A program made the position numbers and the translations under genes. Shown here one piece after another: positions 9,506 through 19,775 of a stretch of DNA of 64,000 bases (position 1 is the stretch's first letter; each line of letters opens with the position of its first letter). Where the stretch lies: assembly GCA_048885865.1 (NCBI GenBank), contig JBHLLF010000003.1:32001-96000 (forward strand), in the 5' to 3' direction. The notes under the pieces were generated by a model, which saw only the letters and a program-made list of their open reading frames with translations, was not told where the DNA came from and did no database searches. This DNA is from Candidatus Hermodarchaeota archaeon. GTDB taxonomy: Archaea; Asgardarchaeota; Thorarchaeia; Thorarchaeales; Thorarchaeaceae.

Positions 9506-10369
9506 TTAGAGATATGCGATTAATTGAATCAACCAAGGATAGATAGCCAGCAGCGAAGGAATCGGAATACCGGGGAGGGGCTCGTGCTCCCTTAGGAGAA
9601 AAGCGACATTAATGATAACGCCGATAACAGCAAGAACCATGGACGCAGCCCACACATATATCGGGAGATACAGCAACGCATGAGTGGATATCATAGAAAA
9701 AGCAACAAAGTCACCTGCTCCTACTGCTATGCTTTGAGATTGGATTCTGGTATAGTCGAAAGGATCTGAACCTGCTTTCTCATCCATCCTGTCGGCTTTG
9801 GCAGCAGGCGAGTACCGTATAAGCAGGTAGTCCTCGACCACCAGAGTCAAAATCAATACTATCATGCTTGAGGTTATGAAAGAAACTCCAAGGAAGGTTC
9901 CGAAGACGCTTCCATAGAATGCAGCAAAGAGACTCTTCATGAGTGGAGGTATTGCATCCATCATGATGAACACAATGGAAAACATGAACATGCCAAGAGA
10001 GCCTAATGAGATCAGGGATGGAAAGATTGTGTTTGATGTGCCTTTAAAGAGGATGAGAAGCAGAGACTGCCCGAGGACGAAGAACACCAGTGAGAGAATG
10101 GGAGAAACAATGAAGGCCACCATGATTCTGCGACCACGTGCGGATCTCCTTTCTAGTATCCAGAAAAGTGATAGAACTATTACAGACCCCAAACAAGCCG
10201 AGATTAATGCCTGGATAGCTAGTTCAGCTAATGTATAGGTTCTCGCGGGACTCGAGAAAACCTCATTGAAGAGAGGGTTCCCAAGTATTGCAAAGCCCAT
10301 TATGGATCCGATTAGGAAAGGTAGAATCGAGACTATTATGAGGATTCTTCGAGGCCTGTCTAGCTCCAT
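9506..10369 (-). CDS. Presenilin/SPP-like GxGD intramembrane aspartyl protease (A22)
   Basis: About 9 TMs; VVEDYL (first Asp), AVGAGDF (GxGD), PLPGIP (PAL-like). Confidence 0.78.
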   Translation of the reverse strand: MELDRPRRILIIVSILPFLIGSIMGFAILGNPLFNEVFSSPARTYTLAELAIQALISACLGSVIVLSLFWILERRSARGRRIMVAFIVSPILSLVFFVLGQSLLLILFKGTSNTIFPSLISLGSLGMFMFSIVFIMMDAIPPLMKSLFAAFYGSVFGTFLGVSFITSSMIVLILTLVVEDYLLIRYSPAAKADRMDEKAGSDPFDYTRIQSQSIAVGAGDFVAFSMISTHALLYLPIYVWAASMVLAVIGVIINVAFLLREHEPLPGIPIPSLLAIYPWLIQLIAYL

Positions 10370-10452
10370 TAGTAACTCTAGTCAGGCAAGGATTTCTCTT
10401 TTAAAGAGAGTCTGATTCACGCAAATCAATAGATGTGAGTACTAAAGCATCC

Positions 10453-10484
10453 AAAAAAAGAAGGGGGAGGGGACAGTTGTCCCC
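10453..10484 (-). terminator. Hairpin plus U-tract terminator after dppA
   Basis: Minus strand: GGGGAC-AACT-GTCCCC followed by TCCCCCTTCTTTTTTT. Confidence 0.7.
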
Positions 10485-10495
10485 AAATGATAGAA

Positions 10496-12394
10496 CTACT
10501 TTTGTCTGAGAAGCACAAAGCCACCAACTAGGATGACCACTGCAGCACCCACAGCACCACCAATGATCGCAAGTGTGGGATCAAATGGCGGCGGAGGTGG
10601 AGGTGTCGTCGGGCCAGTTGTTGGCGGAGTCGTTGTCGTTGGCTCAGGATGCTCAATCGCATATGCCCAGTTTCTACGGGTTAACTCAGTGAACTCGTTG
10701 TCGATGTATTCCGTAACAATGAACGGACCCTGCACGACGTAGGGATCACCACCCTTGATTGGGTCCCAATCATTCCATCCTTCCAAGCCATACGGCTCGA
10801 TGATGTGCTTTGGTAGTGGGAATGTCCTGAATGCCACATTCTCGAAGTTCCAGAATGACTCTCGGTTCAGTTCAACTACAAACTGGAATGGTGTAGCCGC
10901 ATATGCAGCTGTCATAGACTGAATAGTGGCACTAGCACCATTGGGATTCCCGTATGCCAGCCCATCCTTATAGTAGTTGAACGTGAATGCGAAGTCTTCA
11001 GCAGTCACCGGTTGGCCGTCGCTCCAAGTTGCATTCTGAATCAGGTTGAATACAAACCTGTGGTTACCTACAGGTACTATGTCAGGATGGGTATCGTGGG
11101 TTTGTATATCCCAAGACTCTGCCAGGACGCCGATATAATCGGCGTTCTCATCCTTTTCAACTAAGCCAGGCCACATCTCGAAGAGAATGGCCCAGGTGTA
11201 GTAACCAATACCAGACATCACGTTGAAGCTGTCGATGTCTATAGAGGAACTCACGTAGAATGTTCCGCCATAGGGTCCGCCCTCGGATTCCTTCAGGTGA
11301 ACCTTCATGCTTGTCCAGAAGTTTGGAACATTTGCGCCTAGCTGTGCCACGTGTCCCTCCCACTTGTCAGTTCTGATGGCAGAGAAAGCTTTGTTGTTGT
11401 AGGCAATGACTCTTGGACATTCGTAGTGTAGAACATCCTGCATTGGCCCAATGGCGGCACGTACTTCCTCCTCAGTCTTAGCATTCAGGAAAGCGTCCAT
11501 TAGGTCGTCGAAGGTTGAATTGACGAAGTTCGCTGAGTTGTAGTAGTCCACGCCATAGTATCCACCATAGAAGTCGCCATACATGTAGTATACAGCGTTG
11601 AAGAAGTCTTCCCTAAAGCTGTATCCGTAGAATGTGATCCACCAGTCTGGGTCATGGAAGTTCAGACGACTGACGTACTGGTAGAAGTCGGTCATGAAGG
11701 GTTCAGCCTCAAGGCCAATCGCATTGAGCGTGGCAGCACCGATAATTCCAGCCTGACTTGACTGGAAATCTTCGGCATGGGCAGCAACTTGAATCACACC
11801 AATCTCCGAACCGTCAGGATTCTCACGCCAACCATCAGCATCGATGTCAAGAAGACCTGCATCATCTAGCAGTTGGTTCGCGATATCGAGATTCTGTTCA
11901 TAGTAGTAATATGTGAAGTCCTCTTCAGTGGTCCAGGGTCCCGGAGGAACAAGGGAGTCCCATGGTCGCGACTCACCAGCCCAGAGCACTTCAGAAACAT
12001 CATACTTGTCCAACGCGTATGCATAGGCCCTTCTCACTGCTGTTATGTTGAGTGGATACCTATCACAGTTGAATTCATAGAAGCCAAAACCGTTTCTCCA
12101 GTCGCCAAATGCTTCCACGTTATCAGCGGCAGTAAGCTGCGGCAGATAAGTGGTGTCAATTGATGACTCCCATATCATATCTACCTCGCCATTGATAAGC
12201 GCCAACATCTGCTGTTCAGTGTTAGGTTGGACTCTGAACACCATCTTATCGATATATGGGCCATGTTTGGACTGACTTGGCAGTCCAGGATATGGCAATG
12301 TTTGCGCTGTTACAAAAATAGGCGAAATAGACATGAGAAGAAAGCCAGCGACGAGAAAGGTAGCTATGGCTACTCTTTTTCGATTACTTAGCAT
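10496..12394 (-). CDS. dppA: ABC peptide-binding protein (SBP family 5), circularly permuted, C-terminal TM anchor
   Basis: Signal peptide, GPYIDK..ALINGEVD, VRRAYAYALD, LAESW, WSDGQPVTAEDFAFTF, Pro/Thr linker and TM helix. Start is likely 12394. Confidence 0.88.
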   Translation of the reverse strand: MLSNRKRVAIATFLVAGFLLMSISPIFVTAQTLPYPGLPSQSKHGPYIDKMVFRVQPNTEQQMLALINGEVDMIWESSIDTTYLPQLTAADNVEAFGDWRNGFGFYEFNCDRYPLNITAVRRAYAYALDKYDVSEVLWAGESRPWDSLVPPGPWTTEEDFTYYYYEQNLDIANQLLDDAGLLDIDADGWRENPDGSEIGVIQVAAHAEDFQSSQAGIIGAATLNAIGLEAEPFMTDFYQYVSRLNFHDPDWWITFYGYSFREDFFNAVYYMYGDFYGGYYGVDYYNSANFVNSTFDDLMDAFLNAKTEEEVRAAIGPMQDVLHYECPRVIAYNNKAFSAIRTDKWEGHVAQLGANVPNFWTSMKVHLKESEGGPYGGTFYVSSSIDIDSFNVMSGIGYYTWAILFEMWPGLVEKDENADYIGVLAESWDIQTHDTHPDIVPVGNHRFVFNLIQNATWSDGQPVTAEDFAFTFNYYKDGLAYGNPNGASATIQSMTAAYAATPFQFVVELNRESFWNFENVAFRTFPLPKHIIEPYGLEGWNDWDPIKGGDPYVVQGPFIVTEYIDNEFTELTRRNWAYAIEHPEPTTTTPPTTGPTTPPPPPPFDPTLAIIGGAVGAAVVILVGGFVLLRQK

Positions 12395-12506
12395 ATTCTC
12401 TCTATCTCCTATCCCCGAGTCGAAATCGGATGGCACACTCATTCTAAAAGCCGATAAAAGTGTTATGATGTGATGAGAAACACACTATGCCTCAAATAGG
12501 AGAATT

Positions 12507-12555
12507 GATGGAAGAGGATGGAGAGAGGCGATGAATTAAGGGCCCATCCTCCATC
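12507..12555 (-). terminator. Stem-loop downstream of dppB
   Basis: GATGGAAGAGGATGG (12507-12521) pairs with CCATCCTCCATC (12544-12555) with a 3-nt bulge. Confidence 0.5.
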
Positions 12556-12582
12556 CGTTTTGCTGATTCCCCGAATATGATG

Positions 12583-13644
12583 CTATCCGTACTTAATGCG
12601 CGGATCGAGGTACCCATACAAGAGGTCGGCGATAAAATTCGCCAATACAGCCGTAATTGCGACTATCATGAAGATAGCCTGAACGACTGGATAGTCCAAC
12701 AATAATAGACTGTCGAAGATATACCTGCCAAGGCCAAACCAATTGAAGACGGTTTCCGTCAGTGTTGCTCCATTAATCAGGAATCCGAAAGTAATTGCAA
12801 TCGCTGTTACCATAGGAAGCATTGCGTTCTTCATACCATGTTTGTACAAGACTTGGTTCTCGTCGAGTCCCTTTGCCCTAGCTGTCAGGATGTAGTCTTC
12901 AGTCATTACGTCGATCAGATTATTTCTCATGTAGAGGAAATATCCACCATAACCGCCTATTCCCAAGGCTATCATTGGTAGCAACAGATGGAGAAGAATA
13001 TCTCCAGCGATGACAAGCGCACCCAGCGGCTGGTCCTTAAAAGCGATCCATACCTCGTAGCTTATCGTTCCTCCCGAAGGTAGTCCTATACCGCCTTCGA
13101 CTAATCCAGATGTCAGTTCCGGCAGTGTATAGGAAAAGAACAGTAGCAGTATCATTCCCATCCAGAATATAGGAAGTGAATAGGTGAACAATGCAAGCGT
13201 GACAGCTCCAACATCTTTCCGTGAACCTGGATCTGAAGCTGCTTTCACACCAGTCCAAATCCCTAGGATAATGGCAACTATTGAGGACGTGCCCATCAGA
13301 AGCAGTGTGTTCGGTAGACGAGCCATAATTTCATCCATAACAGGCCTCTGACTTTGAAATGAGAATCCGAAATCTCCGCTGAACATATTCACAATATATC
13401 GCCAAAACATGTAGATCCAATCAAAGATGTCTGGATCCGGAACAAGCCCGTAGTTCTGATAGAGAAATTGGAGCGACTCATATGGCATTGTGGCCCTTTG
13501 CTCTGGGCCAATCATGAGGTCAAGTGGACTAACACCAAACAGAAAGGTTGGAAGTCTGAATATGAAGAAGTTGAAGCAGACAACAGCTACTATGAGAAGA
13601 AACATGTAGATGGTTCTTCTAATCACGTATTCTCGCAGTCCCAT
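12583..13644 (-). CDS. dppB: ABC peptide transporter permease
   Basis: YVIRR, GDFGFSF, RLPNTLLL, EDYILTARAKGL, YLDPRIK. Start is likely MGLREY at 13644. Confidence 0.92.
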   Translation of the reverse strand: MGLREYVIRRTIYMFLLIVAVVCFNFFIFRLPTFLFGVSPLDLMIGPEQRATMPYESLQFLYQNYGLVPDPDIFDWIYMFWRYIVNMFSGDFGFSFQSQRPVMDEIMARLPNTLLLMGTSSIVAIILGIWTGVKAASDPGSRKDVGAVTLALFTYSLPIFWMGMILLLFFSYTLPELTSGLVEGGIGLPSGGTISYEVWIAFKDQPLGALVIAGDILLHLLLPMIALGIGGYGGYFLYMRNNLIDVMTEDYILTARAKGLDENQVLYKHGMKNAMLPMVTAIAITFGFLINGATLTETVFNWFGLGRYIFDSLLLLDYPVVQAIFMIVAITAVLANFIADLLYGYLDPRIKYG

Positions 13645-13841
13645 CTGTAAACTCTCCGTTGTCATGATGAATAGTACCTAGCTTCACTAAGTACCTGGCT
13701 GAGTCGTAGTACAGAACTCACTTCCTAATAAGGATGATGTTCAAAGAGTTCTGAAAGAAACAGTTCTTGGTTATCACCTGGATTTACAGCAATAGGTCTG
13801 ATGAATGACGAGTCCATGATATTTTGGAAAAGAATGAGAGA

Positions 13842-13863
13842 GAAGAGGCATTAATGCCTCTTC
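13842..13863 (-). terminator. 22-bp perfect palindrome downstream of dppC
   Basis: GAAGAGGCATTAATGCCTCTTC, followed on the minus strand by a pyrimidine tract. Confidence 0.6.
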
Positions 13864-13874
13864 CTCAATGTTGT

Positions 13875-15455
13875 CTATCTCTCTCGTAATCTTGGATTTA
13901 GCACTTGGTCAAGTGTGTGACCAATGAAGGTGAATGCCAGGCTGATTGCGGTTATCATCAGTCCCGGAAAGATCACCACCCACCATGCACCATTTCCAAA
14001 GGCACCGCCGATTTGAGCATCAGCCAGCATCCGGCCCCAGCTTGGTTCACTTGGATCAGTTAAGCCAAGGAACGAAAGCGCGGACTCGGAAAGAATCGCT
14101 GCAACCACGCCCAAAGTAATATCCGCGAATAGGAGCGGCGTTACATTAGGCATAATATGCCTGAAGATGATATAGGTATCAGTGGCTCCAATCGCACGTG
14201 CAGCCTCCACATAGCTTTTGTTCTTCTCAGCTAGCACCTGGGACCGGATAAGTCGCGAGGTGCCCGTCCATCCAAGAATTGCTATCACTATGATTATTGT
14301 ATCCACTGAAGGACCCATGAATGCCGCAAGAACCATTAGTAGCGGTAATCGCGGTATGACCAAGAGGAAGTCTACTACACGCATGACGAGTTCGTCAACC
14401 TTCCCACCAAAGTAACCTGATATCAGCCCTACAGCAACGCCTGCTGCAGTGGATAGAGAAGCCGCAATGAGACCTATGTATAGAGAGATTCTTGTGCCAT
14501 ATACCAATTGACTCCAAGCGTCAGCACCCTTGTCTGTTGTGCCCAGTATGCCAAAGTAATCTCCGAAAGCCACACATTCCAAGTGCGTGATTGTTGCTTT
14601 AACCGATCCGTTATAGTATGTCCAAGCTGCTGGACCGGTTGCGTTGCTTGCGAATGAATATGTGGGTGCGAGGCCTACAGCCACTGTCAGCCTGTCGAGT
14701 GGATCCTGCTGCCCTTCACCTTCATCTATCATGCCCTCCCAGCCTTCTAGTATCTCAAGGAAACCAAGATCAATGGGGCGATTGACGAGAACTCCAGTAT
14801 ATGGAGGCACAGATTGGAAGATTCTTGTCCAATTCCCGGACGAATCAATTATCCAGACCATTAACTCAAACATCTTGCCACCATACTGGTTAGTACGAAA
14901 GTCACCTGATGTTTCTATTCTGTAGCTCACGCTAATGTTGACATCTTTTGGAAGCCGATCATATTCCCAATCAAAAGTCTGTGCATAGTAGACAAAGTCC
15001 ATTGTATCGGGCAAATAGTCATCAGGGTCTGGCGGTGATCGGAATTCAATACTTGTGTTGGCAATATGTGTCCACTCGAATGTTACATTGCTCTTTTCAT
15101 CAGGCGATGTAGCAAAATTCCGTGTTCCAGTGAATTCACCTGAGCTGCCCTCAACGATGACCTCTCCAATCGATGCAGAATCCAAATCCGGATCCGGCAA
15201 ATAGTTCCTAGTAACTACCCCTGTGGGATCGAAGATTTCAGTCCATTGTGGTGCCATGAATCTTGGGCCAACCTTGACTGACGGGGATGGGTCATGAGTG
15301 GCAAAAACTGGAGCGCCAACTGCCATGACTAAGAATATCACTAGTGCAAGAACTCCAATTAATCCCATTCTGTGCTTGCGATATTCCCGCCAAAATCCCG
15401 TTATGCTAATGTACCAGCCGCTATCTTTCCAACTTGCTGTACTTGTATCAGACAA
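13875..15455 (-). CDS. dppC: ABC peptide transporter permease with large extracellular insertion
   Basis: LGTTDKGADAWSQLVYGTRISL, YVEAARAIGA, SWGRML, LNPRLR; a ~230-aa beta-rich insert follows TM1. Confidence 0.92.
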   Translation of the reverse strand: MSDTSTASWKDSGWYISITGFWREYRKHRMGLIGVLALVIFLVMAVGAPVFATHDPSPSVKVGPRFMAPQWTEIFDPTGVVTRNYLPDPDLDSASIGEVIVEGSSGEFTGTRNFATSPDEKSNVTFEWTHIANTSIEFRSPPDPDDYLPDTMDFVYYAQTFDWEYDRLPKDVNISVSYRIETSGDFRTNQYGGKMFELMVWIIDSSGNWTRIFQSVPPYTGVLVNRPIDLGFLEILEGWEGMIDEGEGQQDPLDRLTVAVGLAPTYSFASNATGPAAWTYYNGSVKATITHLECVAFGDYFGILGTTDKGADAWSQLVYGTRISLYIGLIAASLSTAAGVAVGLISGYFGGKVDELVMRVVDFLLVIPRLPLLMVLAAFMGPSVDTIIIVIAILGWTGTSRLIRSQVLAEKNKSYVEAARAIGATDTYIIFRHIMPNVTPLLFADITLGVVAAILSESALSFLGLTDPSEPSWGRMLADAQIGGAFGNGAWWVVIFPGLMITAISLAFTFIGHTLDQVLNPRLRER

Positions 15456-15628
15456 TTGGCAACCTCCGTTGCACAGGCTCAGGAAACCAGCAATAGAGCT
15501 AGCATTCTTGAGTCATTTGATAACTTTGAGATGCGCTAGCGGACCTATAAAAAAGGCTTCGCCTTCTGGTAGTTGTTATTAGTTTAACGGAATCAGCAAT
15601 GCATAATTCGGATAGATGAATACAATTG

Positions 15629-15985
15629 CTAATTTGTCTCCTCAAAGGACTCTGTGAAAGGGTCAGGACCAGAAATGTCTTCATCTTCAATTCCCTCCTC
15701 AGACAATGTGACGTCCTGGTCGTTCATCCTTGCCTGTCGGTCCTTCATGAGTTGCCTTGTCCTTCTTGCAGAAACCCAGAGGTCAGCAAAGACCATTCCC
15801 ACGAGGAACACACTGAGTGAGCCAGCAAGAGCAATGACTGTCCCTACGAATCTGAAGTTAGGATGCGCCAAGTTGAGAAGTAGGCCCCCGATCATAAGGA
15901 CAATCGGAATCAATAGTATTCGCTTTTTGGGTTCCCTTTGAGTTCTTGGAAATGCTTTTACTCCCATAGCAACCGTTGGCTGCAA
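15629..15985 (-). CDS. Small two-TM hypothetical protein with acidic tail
   Basis: Two hydrophobic helices and an acidic C-terminus. Confidence 0.6.
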   Translation of the reverse strand: MQPTVAMGVKAFPRTQREPKKRILLIPIVLMIGGLLLNLAHPNFRFVGTVIALAGSLSVFLVGMVFADLWVSARRTRQLMKDRQARMNDQDVTLSEEGIEDEDISGPDPFTESFEETN

Positions 15986-16266
15986 TCAATCTATCCCTTT
16001 TTACGGTTTCGAACTTGACTTCTTTATCCTTTCATTAGGAATCAATAGGCCCATTCTCCTTGCATAAATGAAAGCTATAGGAATAATGGAAATAATCAAT
16101 TTCCAGATGAGTCGTGCTGAATTGAAGCCTGTGAAAGTGAAATATCCAATTTCAATCAGTGCTATTTCCGTTAGGTATTTAAGATGTACACCTGACCTCC
16201 CTGATTTAGTGGGGACTGGATTAGGTATCCCAGAGAATTATCTCACTCCCTGCGGAGATAGGAATC

Positions 16267-17256
16267 ATGCCGCTTCTTGACGTTAGGAACCTGCGAATGT
16301 ATTATCAAACACAGAAAGGTCTTGTAAAGGCGGTAGACGACGTTTCTCTCACTTTGGAACTGGGTGAGTCTATTGGACTGGCAGGGGAGAGCGGCTGCGG
16401 AAAAAGCAGTCTTGCTTACTCCATAATGCAGCTTCTTCCTGCAGCAGCGAATATAGTGGGAGGCAACATTTACTTCAAAGGAGAAGACTTGTTGGGCATG
16501 AGCCCAAAGGAAATGCGAGACGTAAGGTGGAAGAATGTCGCCATCGTTTTCCAAGGCGCGATGAATGCACTGAATCCAGTGTTTGAGATAGGCGAACAGA
16601 TTGCAGAAGCTATTCTCATGCATGAGAACGTGACTGAGGAAGAAGCACTTGACCGGTGCGCCAAATTGTTTGAGATGGTTGGTCTTGATTCAGGCAGAAT
16701 TCATAACTATCCTCATGAGTTCTCAGGAGGAATGCGGCAAAGGGCGATGATTGCAATGGCTCTTGCTTGCAATCCGGATTTGGTGATTGCAGATGAGCCG
16801 ACTACGGCTTTGGACGTCACGATTCAGGCGCAGATTCTAAAATTGATGCAGAAACTGCAGAAGGACCTTGGACTCTCATTAATCCTAATCACTCACGATC
16901 TCAGTGTCATTGCGGAAACCTGTGATAAGACAGCCATAATGTATGCGGGTAAGATTGCGGAACTTGCAGATGTTGTTTCTGTTTTTAAAGAGCCAATTCA
17001 CCCATACGCCACAGGACTTGTAGGCGCAATTCCAAGTATGGTAAAAGCTGAGAAGAAGAAGCTAACATCTATTCCAGGATCACCGCCTAACCTGATAGTT
17101 CCACCTACGGGCTGCAGATTCCATCCACGTTGCCCCTATGCTCAGGACATCTGTTCCAGAGAGGAGCCAACATTTGAGGAGATCGACCCTGGTAGATTCG
17201 TTTCTTGCCACTTCGCTGAGCAGCTAAAGGGCGAGATTAGAGTAGATTTGGAGTAA
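16267..17256 (+). CDS. dppD: ABC peptide transporter ATPase
   Basis: [24 protein letters not shown]-terminal GCRFHPRC. Confidence 0.95.
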   Translation: MPLLDVRNLRMYYQTQKGLVKAVDDVSLTLELGESIGLAGESGCGKSSLAYSIMQLLPAAANIVGGNIYFKGEDLLGMSPKEMRDVRWKNVAIVFQGAMNALNPVFEIGEQIAEAILMHENVTEEEALDRCAKLFEMVGLDSGRIHNYPHEFSGGMRQRAMIAMALACNPDLVIADEPTTALDVTIQAQILKLMQKLQKDLGLSLILITHDLSVIAETCDKTAIMYAGKIAELADVVSVFKEPIHPYATGLVGAIPSMVKAEKKKLTSIPGSPPNLIVPPTGCRFHPRCPYAQDICSREEPTFEEIDPGRFVSCHFAEQLKGEIRVDLE

Positions 17257-17263
17257 TGCAAAG

Positions 17264-18325
17264 ATGACAGCCAATGAATCAAGTGTGTTTCAGCATTCAG
17301 CCGACATACGAGAGGGCGAACCTCTAATCGAGGTTAGAAACCTGAGAAAATGGTTTCCGGTGAACACTGGATTTCTCTCATCTATTCTATACAAGCAGGA
17401 GTTGTTTGTGAAGGCAGTTGACGGCATCACCTTTGACATCGTTAAAGGAGAAATATTGGTATTAGCTGGCGAATCAGGCTGCGGGAAGACCACAACAGGA
17501 CGATGCATCCTCTATTTGGAAACTCCAAGTGATGGTAATGTGGTCTACGCCGGTCGCGACTTAGCAACGCTGGATAGAAACGAGATTAAAGAATTGCGCC
17601 GGAGGATGCAAATTACTTTTCAAGATCCTTATGAATCACTTAATCCAAAAAAGAGCATATACAGCATAGTCTCAGAACCCTTGACGGTACACAAGATTCC
17701 GCTTACTCCTAGTCAAAAGAGACAGCGTGTATTGGAAGCAATGGAAAGTGTTGCACTTGTCCCTGCAGAAGACTACATTGATAGATATCCACACGAGCTA
17801 TCTGGTGGACAACGTCAGAGGATATCGGTAGCACGAGCGCTCATTCTTCATCCTGAGTTCATGGTAGCAGATGAGCCGGTATCAATGCTTGATGTGTCTA
17901 TCCGAGCGGACATCCTGAATCTTCTGCTGGATATTAGGGAGGAATATGCTCTCACATACTTATTCATCACACACGACTTGGCCGTTGCCACATATATTGC
18001 TGATAGAATAGGAATCATGTATCTCGGGAAAGTCATGGAGATTGGACCTGCTCACGAGGTTGCGTTCAATCCAATGCACCCTTACACCCGGGCGCTCATC
18101 TCAGCAGTGCCCTCTGGTGACCCCACAGTGAAACGGCGAGTCGAATCACTGAAGGGCGAACCGCCAAGTCCCATTAATGTTCCTCCTGGCTGTCGGTTTC
18201 ATCCCAGATGCCCGTATGCACAGGAGATATGTGTGCGCGAGTTGCCCGAAGACAGAGATATGGGAGAGGGCCATTTTGTTGCCTGTCACTTCGCCGGTGA
18301 ATTGGGTGATGCTCCTTCATTCTAA
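17264..18325 (+). CDS. dppF: ABC peptide transporter ATPase
   Basis: [34 protein letters not shown]. Confidence 0.95.
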   Translation: MTANESSVFQHSADIREGEPLIEVRNLRKWFPVNTGFLSSILYKQELFVKAVDGITFDIVKGEILVLAGESGCGKTTTGRCILYLETPSDGNVVYAGRDLATLDRNEIKELRRRMQITFQDPYESLNPKKSIYSIVSEPLTVHKIPLTPSQKRQRVLEAMESVALVPAEDYIDRYPHELSGGQRQRISVARALILHPEFMVADEPVSMLDVSIRADILNLLLDIREEYALTYLFITHDLAVATYIADRIGIMYLGKVMEIGPAHEVAFNPMHPYTRALISAVPSGDPTVKRRVESLKGEPPSPINVPPGCRFHPRCPYAQEICVRELPEDRDMGEGHFVACHFAGELGDAPSF

Positions 18326-18416
18326 TGCCAACTAGATAGCAAGCAATTAGCATCCGAGTCATACTCAATGCTCAAAACACATAAGCAATCAAGAAATTGC
18401 TACTAGAGGAGATGAA

Positions 18417-18857
18417 ATGGGAGAAGATACAACCGATAGATCCAAGTTTCTCAAGGCAATCAAGAAATGTCTCTCAGATGCTTCTGGGTTCTTCCAGGAT
18501 GCGATGGACGCTCTTGATGAAATAGGGAAAGCTTCAACTCGCACAGCTATGACTGGAATCTTTGGTGGTGTCATACTAAAGAATTCAGAGGGCAACTATA
18601 GAACCGCTATAATCAGTCTAGATGCTGGTGAGAAAGCTCTGCATCCTCTGGCAAAAAGGGTCCGTGATGGCAGAGTAAATGAATCCCACTTCGACAACCC
18701 CGAGGCCCTTCTGCTACTAAGAGATATTATAGACTTCGACTATGGGATTTTGATAAAGATTCTTTCAGAGCGGAGAGGACGTGATTCTGTTTGGTATCGT
18801 CTTCGTGAAATCAGTGAAAAGACTGAAAACGTCCTAAACCTCGTGTTAGAGAATTAG
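18417..18857 (+). CDS. Hypothetical alpha-helical protein
   Basis: GGAG SD and a plausible helical sequence; no recognisable motif. Confidence 0.65.
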   Translation: MGEDTTDRSKFLKAIKKCLSDASGFFQDAMDALDEIGKASTRTAMTGIFGGVILKNSEGNYRTAIISLDAGEKALHPLAKRVRDGRVNESHFDNPEALLLLRDIIDFDYGILIKILSERRGRDSVWYRLREISEKTENVLNLVLEN

Positions 18858-19063
18858 AGATTGGGAAAGCGACTAGCTAAGATAAGATAGCAAAACCATT
18901 AATCTCAAGTGAATCATCTCTAACCGGCTAAAGACTACTAATCGTTGGTAGATCATTCCACCACACCCGAGTTATGGGCAGCAAGAATAATAACAAATCA
19001 TGAGCTTTCTATATCACACGGCAAAGACCCGAGAGCTGTCAAATTCCCGCGAAGGTAGCACAT

Positions 19064-19765
19064 GTGAAGGTAAGTATATCGGACGAACTGGATAGAACGA
19101 ATGAAGTTCTTCAAAAGGTCTTGAGAAGGGTTGTTGACCTTAACAAAGAGTTGGAACCATTGGAGAGTGAGCTTGGAGCGATGGACTTCGCCAAGAGCGG
19201 AATCTATGTTCTTGGCGCGTCCGCTGGGGTGGTCTGTTTCCCTACTGCACTTGTTGAGGGAGACCCCATGAAGCCAATCCTTGATGGTGCAAGGGCAAGT
19301 GATGCGAAGATGCCCTCAATTGTTGAAGCGGCGGATCCTGAAGAGTCAATGAGCACCTGCAATCGTGTTATAATGATGATGAAGAGAGAAATATGGAATA
19401 AGAGAGAGGCCATCCTTAAACCCAGTTTTTTGCTTGTTATACGATGGGACCACATGTTTGAAGACTTTGAAAGAAGCAATACAGTTGCTGTTGGTAAACG
19501 CTATATCTCCGGGTCAGAGGACAGCTTGAAGAAGTTGGCAAAGAATCTAAAGAAACTTGGATTCACAATTATCGAAGACTCAGGTCAATACGGCGGAGGA
19601 CCAATGACTTATGAACTGATACAGGAATTCTCCAAATCTAGGTCACTACTAGTTGTTCAGCTCACCTTCTCCTATAGTGCTGCAACAGACAAGGCAAAGA
19701 TATTGGCAATGCTAGATATGTTGTCATCATTTCAGGTGCAATTCTATGATAGATACGGGTCCTAG
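19064..19765 (+). CDS. Coiled coil plus degenerate N-formylglutamate amidohydrolase-like fold
   Basis: VAVGKR..LKKLGFTI..YGGGPMT..VVQLTFS resembles the FGase C-terminal pattern, but the PH, DxHS and QxE residues are absent. Confidence 0.45.
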   Translation: MKVSISDELDRTNEVLQKVLRRVVDLNKELEPLESELGAMDFAKSGIYVLGASAGVVCFPTALVEGDPMKPILDGARASDAKMPSIVEAADPEESMSTCNRVIMMMKREIWNKREAILKPSFLLVIRWDHMFEDFERSNTVAVGKRYISGSEDSLKKLAKNLKKLGFTIIEDSGQYGGGPMTYELIQEFSKSRSLLVVQLTFSYSAATDKAKILAMLDMLSSFQVQFYDRYGS

Positions 19766-19775
19766 AGAAAGTGAG

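Noticed and set aside
19044-19051. TTCCCGCG, resembling a eukaryotic E2F site, upstream of the GCS2 pair
   Set aside because: A single 8-mer is expected by chance in 64 kb, and it overlaps the ribosome-binding region.
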